From: an uncultured delta proteobacterium
Lineage (GTDB): Bacteria > Desulfobacterota > Syntrophorhabdia > Syntrophorhabdales > WCHB1-27
Reading direction: 5' to 3'
Length of the DNA stretch: 64,000 nucleotides
Assembly: GCA_963810935.1 (NCBI GenBank)
Contig: CAWEPK010000005.1
Span: 32,001 to 96,000 of the forward strand
Part shown: piece by piece, positions 22,298-35,064 of the stretch
How the letters are laid out: each line of letters opens with the position of its first letter
Numbering within the stretch: the stretch's first letter is position 1
Program-made: the position numbers and the translations under genes
The notes under the pieces: generated by a model
What the model was told of the DNA's origin: nothing
What the model saw: the letters and a program-made list of their open reading frames with translations, nothing else
The model's database searches: none

Positions 22298-22715
22298 CTA
22301 TTTTGCTACGGCGTAACCCCTGGCCGTCCAGGCAGGGTAGCCGCCCGAAAGCAGCCCGACCTTCAGATAGCCTAAATTCAGGGCCGCGACCGCGGCCTGT
22401 TTGCTAGAATCTCAGGCCAACCCCCTGCAATAGAAGACAACTTCTGTCTCCTTGTCGGCAGGGAGCAGCGTAGAAAGCTTTTCGAACTCGTACGGCGGTA
22501 TATTGACCGCCCCCGGCAGGTGGCCCTCCTGCCTGTATTCATATTCGGTCCTCGTATCGACCACAAAAGGCCCGCGGCCCGCTTCGATCCTCTCCTTGAG
22601 CCTGCTCAGGGGTCAGGTTCTCGATGCGCCCCTGCTGTCCGACCGTTGCGCAGGAAAAGGCAAGCAACGCGGCCAGTAAACAGAGGGCGGCAGACGCATG
22701 GCGACCCGGTTTCAT
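22298..22715 (-). CDS. Rhodanese-domain lipoprotein, probable selenoprotein (UGA at 22412-22414; frameshift at about 22601)
   Basis: LAFSC lipobox-like; VVDTR..EY...[18 protein letters not shown][TGA]DSS; L.GGY.AW continues in frame after TGA. Confidence 0.8.
22382..22414 (-). promoter_or_regulatory. Bacterial SECIS element
   Basis: UGA, 14 nt, GGCCGC-GGUC-GCGGCC hairpin. Confidence 0.7.
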
Positions 22716-22721
22716 GTGTTA

Positions 22722-22750
22722 AATCTAACAAATAACGGGCTTATTGTCAC
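22722..22750 (-). promoter_or_regulatory. Sigma70-type promoter of the rhodanese gene
   Basis: GTGACA-N17-TAGATT with TGn extension; ATG 6 nt later. Confidence 0.5.
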
Positions 22751-22851
22751 TATTTCCCGGCCGTAAGGCGGCCGCTGCCGCTTCAGGCCAGCCGGTAAGG
22801 ACCCCAAACACATGTTGTCGAAGGATTTGCGCCGTGGTAGGATAGGAGCTT

Positions 22852-23316
22852 ATGAATCCTATCGACGACAAGCCGGCAATGGACGAAACGGTCATATACC
22901 GGACAAAATGCCATGGGGCCATGATGCTCGGGCCGATAGTGGTTGTTATCATAGGGTGTCTGGCCTTGCGCTCGCAAGGGTTCAACGCAGGGGTGCTCAT
23001 TGCTTTCGGCCTGATCTGGGGCGCCCTCGCATACAATATCCTGCGCCGGTCGCACCTGGAGCTGACCCGCTCCGGCGTTTCGATCACAGCCGGTTTTCCG
23101 GTACCGGTGCATTACGATATCCCCACGGCCAGGATAGAAGCGATCGATTTTTACCAGCCGGCTCTCGGCTCGATGCTCGATTTCGGCAAGGTCCTCATCG
23201 TCGATAAACAGCGGGGGAAAAGTATTATCAAATTCGTCTCGGGCCCAGCGGAATTCGTGATGAGGGTCCGCGAGCAACTGATCGCACTCGCAGCGCCGCC
23301 CACGGACAACCCGTAG
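22852..23316 (+). CDS. Bacterial PH-domain membrane protein
   Basis: ETVIY, two TM segments, IEAI...Q..LGSMLDFGKV.I. Confidence 0.65.
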   Translation: MNPIDDKPAMDETVIYRTKCHGAMMLGPIVVVIIGCLALRSQGFNAGVLIAFGLIWGALAYNILRRSHLELTRSGVSITAGFPVPVHYDIPTARIEAIDFYQPALGSMLDFGKVLIVDKQRGKSIIKFVSGPAEFVMRVREQLIALAAPPTDNP

Positions 23317-23330
23317 CTCTGTCCGCCGAA

Positions 23331-23807
23331 TTACAGGGATTTCACCTTTTCAGCCAGTAATGAGGCAAAGACAAATTTCTTGTCCAGGCGGTATTTGGTG
23401 AGATAGCCGATAGTCAGACCCAGCACTGCGCCTGCGTATTTCGCTTTGCCGGACTGGAAAACCGCGTTAAAAGCAAGCTCCGAGCCCCAGAAGATCATCG
23501 TCGTAATAATACCCATCGCCGAATAGAGGACGAAGCGGCAGACGTCGTCGGTGCGCGTCTCCACCCGGACATAGAAAATGTACTTCTTGTCCAGCACGTA
23601 TTTCACGAGCAGACCGGCCAGGGTGCCGATTGCCATGGCAGCGTAGAGGGCCGGAGGGCCGCTATAGAGGGCAAGAGTGAAGCGCTGGGCTGCCACATTG
23701 GTTAAGATGGCGATACCGGCAAAAAACGCATACTTTGTCGCTAGCAGCAAATTACCCGATCCTGCACCCATAGGGTCCTTTTCAGTAGATAATGATCCCG
23801 AACGCAA
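23331..23807 (-). CDS. GtrA-family small flippase (start uncertain)
   Basis: Four TM segments; KYVLDKKYIF / KYRLDKKFVF. Confidence 0.8.
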   Translation of the reverse strand: MRSGSLSTEKDPMGAGSGNLLLATKYAFFAGIAILTNVAAQRFTLALYSGPPALYAAMAIGTLAGLLVKYVLDKKYIFYVRVETRTDDVCRFVLYSAMGIITTMIFWGSELAFNAVFQSGKAKYAGAVLGLTIGYLTKYRLDKKFVFASLLAEKVKSL

Positions 23808-24645
23808 CCAGCCAGGCGACGAGGATGGATTGGATAAATCGGTCCTTCAGAAGGACGTCGGTGGGCGAACCCGATCCGTTCCCTACGAGGGCTACCTGCA
23901 TGTACCTGAGAACGCCGAGGATCACAAATAAAGAGGTGAGAAATAGCTTGTCCGTCTGGAATTTCTCGATGACATCGGGCGACTTGGTGTACATGATGTA
24001 GCAGACGATGGTTACAGCGGCCATAGCCATCATCGCCGAATCGATAAACGCCAGATTATAACCGTCAATGACCTTTCTCGTCTTTACGTCCGTCTCGTTG
24101 AATATCAGCACGTCATTCCTGCGCTTGCCGAGGGCGAGGAACATGGCAAGCAGGAACGTCATGAGGATTATCCAGGAAGAGACCGGCACTCCCGTCGCCG
24201 TGCCGCCTGCGTATACGCGGATGACGAAACCGCAGGCGATTATGAAGATATCGAGCACCGGCACGTGCTTGAGCCCCAGTGTGTACGCAACATTTACGAG
24301 CGTATAAACAATGCAGGGATAGAACGCGTTTTTCTCGAAGAAGAAAGCCGCCGCGAGGCCCGCTGCCTGGAGCAGCACCATTGTCGTGATTGCCGTTTGT
24401 CTGGAGATGCGGCCTGCCGGGATAGGCCGGTTCCTTTTTACAGGATGGAGCCGGTCGGCGGACACGTCTAAAAGGTCGTTGAAAATGTATACCGAGCTTG
24501 CAACGGAGCAGAACATGAGGAAGGCAACGACCGCCTTGCCTATCAAGTCGAACTCGACGAACCGACCGGCGAAGAATAACGGCAGAAAAATGAACAGGTT
24601 CTTCGAATACTGGGAGGGACGCAGGATGCGGACGATATCGCCCAA
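23782..24645 (-). CDS. UbiA-family polyprenyl-phosphate phosphoribosyltransferase
   Basis: RP.Q..KNLF, YIFNDLLD..ADRLHPVKRNRPI.AG, KRR. Confidence 0.88.
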   Translation of the reverse strand: MGDIVRILRPSQYSKNLFIFLPLFFAGRFVEFDLIGKAVVAFLMFCSVASSVYIFNDLLDVSADRLHPVKRNRPIPAGRISRQTAITTMVLLQAAGLAAAFFFEKNAFYPCIVYTLVNVAYTLGLKHVPVLDIFIIACGFVIRVYAGGTATGVPVSSWIILMTFLLAMFLALGKRRNDVLIFNETDVKTRKVIDGYNLAFIDSAMMAMAAVTIVCYIMYTKSPDVIEKFQTDKLFLTSLFVILGVLRYMQVALVGNGSGSPTDVLLKDRFIQSILVAWLVAFGIIIY

Positions 24646-24658
24646 GGATGCCTCTTTT

Positions 24659-25751
24659 TTAGCTTTCGGGGTACTGCTCGAAGAGCCGCCCCCATTTAGT
24701 ACCGCCCACGTGCGCTTTCTGGATGCTCTTGCCTTTGGTCGGCCACCAGCAATAGTCGTGGTACAGGAATGAGCCCAATATCAGGCAGTATACGAGCGGG
24801 GTGTGCGTAAAGAGGTTCTGAATAGGCTTGAACGGCCCGAACCAGAGCGAATCCCCCACTTTGCTCGCCAGGTTATCGCCGACGGAGAAACGGAAGTCGA
24901 TCTTCGAGATATCCTCACCCACGACCTCTATCTCACCCGGCTTGCCCACACCCAGCCCGTCCTCGTGGGCCATGCGGATGTACGGTATGCTCATAGGATC
25001 GAACCCCATCATTTTTGCAGCCACCGCGTCGATCGCTACACAGTCCGCCCCGGCCAGGACATAGTCTTTTTCGACGGGTATCATTGTCCTCGGCCCCGGA
25101 CCGTTCCCGCAGATCGTCCCGTCCATCACGGCGAATATACCCGTATGTATCTCCTTCTGGATGGCAAGAAGGTCGACAAGCGTCTCATGTATCCAGCTAT
25201 GCGTATAATGGCGCTTCGTGTTGAGGAGACCGCCGAAGGCATTCTTCATCGCCCCAGTAGTGGTCGTATAGATGTGGGTCTTCACTGTCGGCAGGTGCAC
25301 GATATTCTTCCCGATAAAATAATCGGGTATCCGTATCCCCTCGGGATAAATACGGTCGAGGGACCTCATCTTCGCCTTGGGCTTATAGACGGTCCAGGTG
25401 ATATCCTCAGGGAGAAAATTATACAGCTCCCGTATGCCGTACTTCTTGTAGACCGGCGTTAGCCTGTTCAGGACCCCGCCTTTTACCGGGTTGGTAACCA
25501 CGGTGTTATTGTGCACGGCGACAATGTTCCCTAACCCCGCGGCCTTGAGCGCAAGGATCACCCCCTCGAGCCTGCCAGGGCGTCGTGTTGGCGCTGAGGT
25601 AGGGGAAGTGCCAGGAGATATTGTCCTTGAGGATCGTCTCTCCGTCTTTCGGGAGGAAATCTTTCATCCCGGCCGACTGCATCACCTTCTCGATATCGTC
25701 GAGCACGCCCGCCGGCTTTGTCTTGATTACAGCTACTATAGGCTTTGCCAT
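24659..25751 (-). CDS. DUF362 family protein; frameshift at about 25571
   Basis: ILKDNISWH, NTTPWQ(LEG), HLPTVKTH, TGAMKNAFG, AIDAVAAKMMGFDP. Confidence 0.8.
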
Positions 25752-25869
25752 TCCGTGACAGCTCCAACCTCATTCTTATCGGACATTACGTACCACAGGG
25801 CAAGCGATAATAGCAAGCGCAAAATAGAGTACAACCCCTCGCAACACCTCGGGAAACGCACCCGGCAGC

Positions 25870-26481
25870 CTAAGAGCCGGCCTTCTCCTTGGCAAGGTTG
25901 CGCAGGGGTCTCGGAAAACCTTCCGGGTACGTAAGGTGGGCCTCAAAGAGGGCGTGCATCTGGCGGACCATCAACCTCGCCGAGGCGACCGCGACCGCGT
26001 CCTTCGCTATCACTCCTTTTTCCACGGCCCACGCCATTGCGAACTCGGCCGTAAACATGTGGTTGTAGCTGAAATACATGTGGAAGGGGTTAGACGCGCT
26101 TACGCAGCCCCGGGTCGCGGCGACGAGTATCAACCCGCCGATCTTGCCCGCCTGTTGAAGCGTAGGGAAGGTAAGGGCGTAGGTGCGGTCGAGGGCATTC
26201 TTGGTCAGACCCGACATCGACCAGAAGTAGACGGGGCTGGCCCAGATGATCCCGTCGGCCTCCCGTATCTCCCTGTGAAGCTCTTGCATGTCGTCATTGA
26301 TGACGCATTCACCTGTCCGGACGCATCCCATGCACCCGTGGCAGGGGGCTATTGCCTTATCACGCAGGACGAACCTGGACACGCTGTTTCCCGTCTGCTG
26401 CGCCTCCTGCAATGCCTCGTCCAGAAGGACCTCCGTGTTGCCGCCTTTCCTCATGCTCCCCAGGATACCGAGAACCTTCAT
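25870..26481 (-). CDS. Flavodoxin-family iron-sulfur flavoprotein
   Basis: GSMRKGGNT, CHGCMGC...C, ASPVYF. Confidence 0.88.
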   Translation of the reverse strand: MKVLGILGSMRKGGNTEVLLDEALQEAQQTGNSVSRFVLRDKAIAPCHGCMGCVRTGECVINDDMQELHREIREADGIIWASPVYFWSMSGLTKNALDRTYALTFPTLQQAGKIGGLILVAATRGCVSASNPFHMYFSYNHMFTAEFAMAWAVEKGVIAKDAVAVASARLMVRQMHALFEAHLTYPEGFPRPLRNLAKEKAGS

Positions 26482-26552
26482 GTTCCACCTCCTTGCATAC
26501 GCTTGCTTTAATGCCCTGCTGCCTATTTATCCACACCCGTTGGGCGGCGATC

Positions 26553-26580
26553 AAAAAAGGCGGCCTCGTACGAGGCCGCC
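26553..26580 (-). terminator. Intrinsic terminator
   Basis: GGCGGCCTC-GTAC-GAGGCCGCC followed by T6 on the minus strand. Confidence 0.75.
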
Positions 26581-26601
26581 GCGAAATAGACGTTCTGCTC
26601 G

Positions 26602-27342
26602 TCAGGAGCGCTTTCCGGCCGGTGCGATGCCCCCGCACGTATCCATGAAGAGACGGTCTTCGGTCGTATCGTCGTAAAAACGGGACCACGAGGTGGGCGT
26701 TTTCGACGTCTCGTGCCTGCCGTCCCAGTAAATGCCTTCTGTTTCCATGGTCCTGTACCTGCTTTTGCGGCAATCTACTTCCTCCCGGGATATGATCTCT
26801 TTCTGGTATGAACCATCGGAGAAAGTCCTTCTGCGCCAGAACTGAAGCGTGCCGTCAGACCCACGGGTGATGCTGCGCCTGTCGAAGAGAAGGCTTACGC
26901 CGCTCGCACTCATCCCGACGACTTCCCACCGCCTCTCCCTCGGCTGCCCGGGCGCCTGGTCGACTTCCTCCTGCAGAAGGCCCTCGTTCACCTCCTGCTC
27001 GAGCTGGGCGAGCCGCTTCCTCAACGCGTCCGTCTCCTTTTTCTCTATGGCCAGCCTTTCCTTTATGGCCTGGTCACGGCTTTGCAGATAATCGTCTTTC
27101 TTGAGCCAGATAAACTCGGGCTGATAGGGATCGGACATGTACCGGTTGTTCCGGGTATAGACGTATTCGACGCCGCTTACGACCTTCCTGTCTCCCTCGC
27201 TGGGCCCTACGGCATTCTTTTCTTTGGCAGCCTGCTTCGCATCACCGCCCGGCCCGCCGAATGCCCAGTCATGTAGCGTCGTGCAGGAAGCGAGGAACAA
27301 CGCACAGAGCACAACCAACAACAACGCCGGACGGGAAGACAT
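26602..27342 (-). CDS. Lipoprotein with coiled coil and surface-adhesin-E-like C-terminal domain
   Basis: GGAGG RBS; LASC lipobox; W......LFDRRSI...VDC motif. Confidence 0.6.
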   Translation of the reverse strand: MSSRPALLLVVLCALFLASCTTLHDWAFGGPGGDAKQAAKEKNAVGPSEGDRKVVSGVEYVYTRNNRYMSDPYQPEFIWLKKDDYLQSRDQAIKERLAIEKKETDALRKRLAQLEQEVNEGLLQEEVDQAPGQPRERRWEVVGMSASGVSLLFDRRSITRGSDGTLQFWRRRTFSDGSYQKEIISREEVDCRKSRYRTMETEGIYWDGRHETSKTPTSWSRFYDDTTEDRLFMDTCGGIAPAGKRS

Positions 27343-27403
27343 ATTCACCTCCAGGAAACATATGCCGGCGCCCCGACTCGGGATCTCTTTCCGGCACGAC
27401 ATC

Positions 27404-28780
27404 TTACGCGATACCGTACTTCTTTTTCAAGAACTCCATTCCGGTCATCGGATAGAGGGCGTAAATCAGTATGTCCTCCATCTTGTCCGATATGCCTTTC
27501 AGCGCCTCGGCCGCCTTCGGAAGCTCCGGCCCGATCACATCGCCGGGCCGCGCGTCCATTGGCGTCTCTCCCCTTGGATAGCCCTTCAGAGCCTTCTTTC
27601 TTATCTCCTCATCGACGGGGGCCGGGGTACGGCCGTAAAGCCCGTAGAAGTAGTCCTTCACCTCTTTCGTGATCACCTTGTACCTGCCCATGAGGACGTT
27701 CATAACCGATTGAACCCCGACGATCTGGCTCGTAGGGGTGACCAGCGGAGGATAGCCCATCTCTGCCCTTGTCCTGGGTATCTCTTCATAGACCTCGCCT
27801 ATCCGGTGGAGGGCCTTCGCCTGCTTCAACTGGCTCACCAGGTTGCTTATCATGCCGCCCGGTATCTGGTGCATCAGCACGCCGATGTCGATGGCGGAGA
27901 ACTTCGTCGTGTCGGCGAACTGCATGTACTTCTCCACGATGCTCTCCAGGTACTCGTTGATCTCCGGGAATTTTGACAGGTCCAGACCCGTGTCGCGCTC
28001 CGTCCCTGACAACGTCACGATAAAGGGCTCGACGGCTGGGTGGGAGCTGCGAAGGGCGAAGGGCGCCACGCACGTGTCTATGCCGTCCGCTCCCGCTTCT
28101 ATCGCTTTCAGAAGCGCCATGGAGGCCATCCCGCTCGTATAATGCGTATGGAGATGGACGGGGATGCCGATCGTTTTTTTCAGCGCGGACGCCAGCTCGT
28201 AAGCGTCATAAGGAGATATGATGCCTGCCATGTCCTTTATGCACAAGGAGTCGGCGCCCATCTCCTCCAGCTTCCTGGCCTTGTTTACGTAGTAGTCGAG
28301 GTTGAAGATGGGACCGCCCATCCTCCTTTGAGTCAGCGCGTAGGAGAGCGTGCCCTGGATGTGCTTGCCCGCTTTCTTCACCGCCTTGTACGCGGTGATG
28401 AAATTCCGCTCGTCGTTAAGGGCGTCGAAGATGCGGAAGATATCGATGCCGACCTCCGCCGCCTTGGCGACGAACGCCTCGACCACGTCGTCCGCGTACT
28501 GGCGGTACCCGACGAGGTTCTGGCCGCGAAGGAGCATCTGGAACCTGGTATTCGGCATGCGCTCCCTGAGCACGCGCACCCTGTCCCACGGGTCTTCGTT
28601 GAGGAAACGCGTAGTCACGTCGAACGTAGCCCCTCCCCAGACCTCCGCCGAATAGAAGCCGATATCGTCGAGCTTCCCCGCTATCGGAAGCATATCTTCC
28701 GTAGTCATCCTCGTGGCGAAAAGCGACTGGTGCCCATCCCGCAGGGTGGTATCGGTTATCAGAACCGGATTTTTTGCCAT
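27404..28780 (-). CDS. Carboxyltransferase subunit (PycB/OadA/transcarboxylase 5S family), no biotinyl domain
   Basis: LRDGHQSLFATRM, WGGATFD, IKDMAG, HTHYTSG, GYPPLVTPTSQIVG. Confidence 0.9.
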   Translation of the reverse strand: MAKNPVLITDTTLRDGHQSLFATRMTTEDMLPIAGKLDDIGFYSAEVWGGATFDVTTRFLNEDPWDRVRVLRERMPNTRFQMLLRGQNLVGYRQYADDVVEAFVAKAAEVGIDIFRIFDALNDERNFITAYKAVKKAGKHIQGTLSYALTQRRMGGPIFNLDYYVNKARKLEEMGADSLCIKDMAGIISPYDAYELASALKKTIGIPVHLHTHYTSGMASMALLKAIEAGADGIDTCVAPFALRSSHPAVEPFIVTLSGTERDTGLDLSKFPEINEYLESIVEKYMQFADTTKFSAIDIGVLMHQIPGGMISNLVSQLKQAKALHRIGEVYEEIPRTRAEMGYPPLVTPTSQIVGVQSVMNVLMGRYKVITKEVKDYFYGLYGRTPAPVDEEIRKKALKGYPRGETPMDARPGDVIGPELPKAAEALKGISDKMEDILIYALYPMTGMEFLKKKYGIA

Positions 28781-28828
28781 ATTTACGCCTCCTTATCCCC
28801 GATGTATGAATTCATCCCCCAGGCACGT

Positions 28829-29017
28829 CTACCGGTTCTCCTCTATGAATTTCCGGAACGACCTGTCGTATGTCCTTTCCCCTTCCTTCGAGAAGAAACA
28901 ACCGGGCAACTGCTTCATGCTCCTGTGGTACGCCACGCATAGGCAGCACTTGCCCCGTTTCTCGCAATCGTACGTGCACGTGCACGCGGCCATGTTCTTT
29001 TCTACGATACAATCCAT
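28829..29017 (-). CDS. Small Cys-rich protein (DUF6485-like)
   Basis: CTCTY.C..RGKCC.C..YH....LPGCFF....ERTYDRS. Confidence 0.7.
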   Translation of the reverse strand: MDCIVEKNMAACTCTYDCEKRGKCCLCVAYHRSMKQLPGCFFSKEGERTYDRSFRKFIEENR

Positions 29018-29039
29018 ACCGGCACCCCTTGTGATAAAA

Positions 29040-31594
<2,555 letters not shown>

Positions 31595-31646
31595 CTAACT
31601 GGTAAGGCGGAAAACCACGTAGGTTCATTATATGGCCGATTTAGTG

Positions 31647-31675
31647 AGAATATCATATGAGCCGGTAGGGGTCAA
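31647..31675 (-). promoter_or_regulatory. Sigma70-type promoter of eno operon
   Basis: TTGACC-N17-TATTCT with TGn extension. Confidence 0.55.
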
Positions 31676-31813
31676 TCTTTTGCGCACAAGGCGGACGTCA
31701 CGTTTTCGAGCGTTTCCCGACCTGTAACCGTGTTTTTTTACGCGGTCTTTTGTCGTATAATAGATGCCCGTGGGCAAAGCGGCATCAGGTAAACCCCGGT
31801 CAAAGGAGGCACT

Positions 31814-33486
31814 ATGAGGTCGGACAGGATGAAGAAGGGGATCGAGAAGGCGCCGCACAGGTCGCTTTTCAGCGCGCTGGGTCTTTTGCCCGAAGAGCTT
31901 GAACGGCCTATCATCGGCATCGCCAATTCCGCCTCCGAGCTTATCCCCGGCCACATGCACCTCGACAGGATAGCGGCCGCGGTCAAGGACGGCGTCCGCC
32001 TCGCAGGCGGCCTGCCCCTGCAATTCTCGACCATCGGCATCTGCGACGGCATAGCCATGAACCATGAGGGGATGAAGTATTCTCTCGGGTCGAGGGAGCT
32101 TGTAGCCGACTCCGTCGAGGTCATGGCCAAGGCATATCCCTTTGATGGGCTCGTCCTCATCCCGAACTGCGACAAAATAATCCCCGGCATGATGATGGCC
32201 GCCCTCCGTCTCAACATCCCCGCCATTATCATCAGCGGTGGCCCTATGCTATCCGGCCGCTTCAAAGGGCGTACGGTCGACCTGATCTCCGTATTCGAGG
32301 CGGTCGGCAAGGTGGCCGCAGGCTCAATGAGCGAGCAGGAGCTTACCGAGCTGGAAGGCTGCGCCTGCCCCGGCGCCGGCTCCTGCGCAGGCATGTTTAC
32401 GGCAAACTCGATGAACTGTCTGAGCGAGGCCTTAGGGATAGCGCTGCCGGGCAACGGCACCATCCCGGCCGTCCACGCAGACCGTATCAGGCTCGCAAAG
32501 ACTTCGGGGAAAGCCATCGTCGCCCTCGTCAAGGCGCAGCTTCACCCCCAGGCAGATCATGAATGAGAGGGCCTTCAGGAACGCGATCACGGTAGACATG
32601 GCCTTCGGCGGCTCGACGAACACGGCCCTGCACCTGCCGGCAATCGCCAATGAGGCAGGCATGAAACTGCCCCTGGCCCTTTTCGACGAAATTTCGGAGA
32701 AGACGCCGCACCTGTGCTATATGAGCCCCGCAGGCCCCCACCACCTTGAAGACCTTTACGAGGCGGGCGGTGTTTACGCCATCATGAAGGAGCTGTCGAA
32801 AAAACGCCTTGTAGACAAAACCTGCAAGACCGTCGCGGGGAAGAAGGTTGGAGGAGCTGATGGCACTGGCGAGTGTAGAAGACTACAGCGTGATCAGGCC
32901 CATCGACGAGCCGTATCACCCGAGGGGCGGCCTCGTGGTCCTCTCCGGAAGCCTCGCACCGCTTGGCGCCGTCGTCAAGGCTGCGGGAGTCGCGGACAAC
33001 ATGCGAAGGTTCGCAGGGCGGGCGCGGGTCTTCGAAAGCGAAGAGCAGGCGATGAAGGCCATCATGGAGAACAAGGTAAAGGCAGGAGACGCGATCATCA
33101 TCCGGTACGAAGGCCCAAAGGGAGGGCCGGGCATGCGGGAGATGCTGACTCCGACGAGCGTTCTGTGCGGCAGGGGGCTCGACCTCGATTGCGCCCTTAT
33201 CACGGACGGCAGGTTCTCCGGGGGCACCAGGGGCCTTTGCATAGGCCACGTCTCGCCGGAAGCGGCGGAGATGGGCCCCATTGCATTCGTCAGGGAGGGA
33301 GACAGCATCACGATCGATCTCGACAAAAAGTCGATAGATCTCCTGGTTACCGAAGCGGAGATGAACAAGAGGCGGAAGGGCTGGAAAAGGCCCGAGCCTA
33401 ACATTAAAAAGGGCTATATGGCGCGCTACGCAGCGATGGTGACCGGGGCTGCCGGCGGCGCCGTGTTCCAGCTTCCCGAGGAATAA
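31814..33486 (+). CDS. ilvD: Dihydroxy-acid dehydratase; frameshifts at about 32541 and 32848
   Basis: [51 protein letters not shown] over three frames. Confidence 0.92.
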
Positions 33487-33504
33487 AAAGACCGGACCGG
33501 CCAC

Positions 33505-34884
33505 ATGCCTATGGACGCAGCGACTATAGATAAGATAAGGGCAATCTGCGGCGCGGAGAACGTCAAGGAGTCGCTCGAAGAGCGCAAATGCTACGCCTAT
33601 GACGGAAGGACGGAAGGCACGATCCCCGACCTTGTCGTTTTCCCCGCGTCCGCCGGAGAAGTATCGGAGATACTCAAGCTCGCCAACAACCTCCTTTTCC
33701 CCATAATCCCCAGGGGGCAGGGCTCCGGCCTTACGGGCGGGTCCGTGCCCGCGAGCGGCGGGGTCGTCCTGTCGTTCATGCGCATGGACCGCATTCTCGA
33801 GATCGACACGGCAAATCTGGTGACCGTTGTGGAACCTGGGGTCATCACGTTCGTCCTGCAGCAGGAGGTCGCAAAAAAGGGGCTTTTCTACCCGCCGGAC
33901 CCTTCTTCGTATAAATATTCGAGCATCGGCGGCAATGTGGCCGAGTGCGCCGGCGGCCCGAACTCGCTTAAATACGGCGTGACCCGCGACTATGTGCTTG
34001 GACTTGAGATCGTGCTCCCCACCGGAGAGATACTGAACGTGGGCGTCCGGACGATGAAGGGCGTAGTCGGCTACGACCTGACAAGGCTCTTTGTGGGCAG
34101 CGAGGGCACCCTCGGCGTCATTACGAAAATAACGCTCAAGCTCATCCCCCTGCCTGAGGCGAAGGTGACCCTTCTGGCCCTGTTCGGCGACGTGGAGGAG
34201 GCGGCGCAGACGGTCTCGGCCATTATCGCCGCAAAGATAGTACCGGCTACGATAGAGTTCATGGACAAATCGTCTATACAGTGCAGCGAGAAGGCATCAC
34301 CCATGGGCCTGCCCGAGGGCGTAGGCGGCCTGCTTCTGATCGAGGTCGATGGGACACGGGAAGGGGCGCTCGCCCAGGCGGAAAAAGTCCGCTCGATTGC
34401 CGCCGCCCGCCGCGCTGTCCGCTGCGACCTGACGGAAGACCCCGTCGAGGCGGACAAGCTATGGCAGGCGCGCAGGGTCCTCTCGCAGGCGACTTATAAC
34501 ATCAACCCCGTCAAGATAGCGGAGGACGTGGTAGTGCCACGCTCCGAGATACCGGCTTTCATCCGGTCCCTCGAGGCGCTGCAGGAGCGCTTTGGCGTGC
34601 CTATCCTGAGCTTCGGCCACGCGGGCGACGGAAACTTCCACGTCAGCCTCATGATAAAAGACACGGCCGAAGACAGGCAAAAGGCCGAAGAGGCGGTGAA
34701 AGAGATATTCGCCGAGGCCTTGAGGCGCGGAGGCACCATGTCCGGCGAACACGGCATAGGGCTCTCAAAAGCGCCATATCTGGGCATGGAGCTGTCGGAC
34801 GACGTGATAGCGACCATGAAAAAGATCAAGGTGTCGTTCGACCCGAACAATATTCTCAACCCCGGCAAGATATTCCCTAGTTAA
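33505..34884 (+). CDS. FAD-linked oxidase, GlcD / D-2-hydroxyacid dehydrogenase family
   Basis: YPPDPSS, GSEGTLG, GHAGDGNFH, SGEHGIG, NPGKIF. Confidence 0.9.
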   Translation: MPMDAATIDKIRAICGAENVKESLEERKCYAYDGRTEGTIPDLVVFPASAGEVSEILKLANNLLFPIIPRGQGSGLTGGSVPASGGVVLSFMRMDRILEIDTANLVTVVEPGVITFVLQQEVAKKGLFYPPDPSSYKYSSIGGNVAECAGGPNSLKYGVTRDYVLGLEIVLPTGEILNVGVRTMKGVVGYDLTRLFVGSEGTLGVITKITLKLIPLPEAKVTLLALFGDVEEAAQTVSAIIAAKIVPATIEFMDKSSIQCSEKASPMGLPEGVGGLLLIEVDGTREGALAQAEKVRSIAAARRAVRCDLTEDPVEADKLWQARRVLSQATYNINPVKIAEDVVVPRSEIPAFIRSLEALQERFGVPILSFGHAGDGNFHVSLMIKDTAEDRQKAEEAVKEIFAEALRRGGTMSGEHGIGLSKAPYLGMELSDDVIATMKKIKVSFDPNNILNPGKIFPS

Positions 34885-34888
34885 TGTG

Positions 34889-35013
34889 GGGCCTGGCTCT
34901 TTCCGCGCCTTTCGCGTCGTTTTCTCGGGCGCGAGTCCTCACGTACACAAAACGTACGCTGCGGCTCGCTTCGTCGAAAAGCAACGCGAAATCCATCGGA
35001 AATAGCCAGGCCC
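34889..35013 (+). repeat. Structured intergenic repeat family A, copy 1
   Basis: Terminal IR GGGCCTGGCT/AGCCAGGCCC; aligns to reverse complement of 38235-38358. Confidence 0.8.
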
Positions 35014-35064
35014 GTTGCAACTCTTTGGCCGGTTTACCTGAGGCTTTGGAATCTTTCAACGCTG

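Noticed and set aside
31814..33486. ilvD and other split genes as true pseudogenes or programmed frameshifts
   Set aside because: Single-base indels at AGCT or homopolymers with otherwise intact motifs fit sequencing error better.
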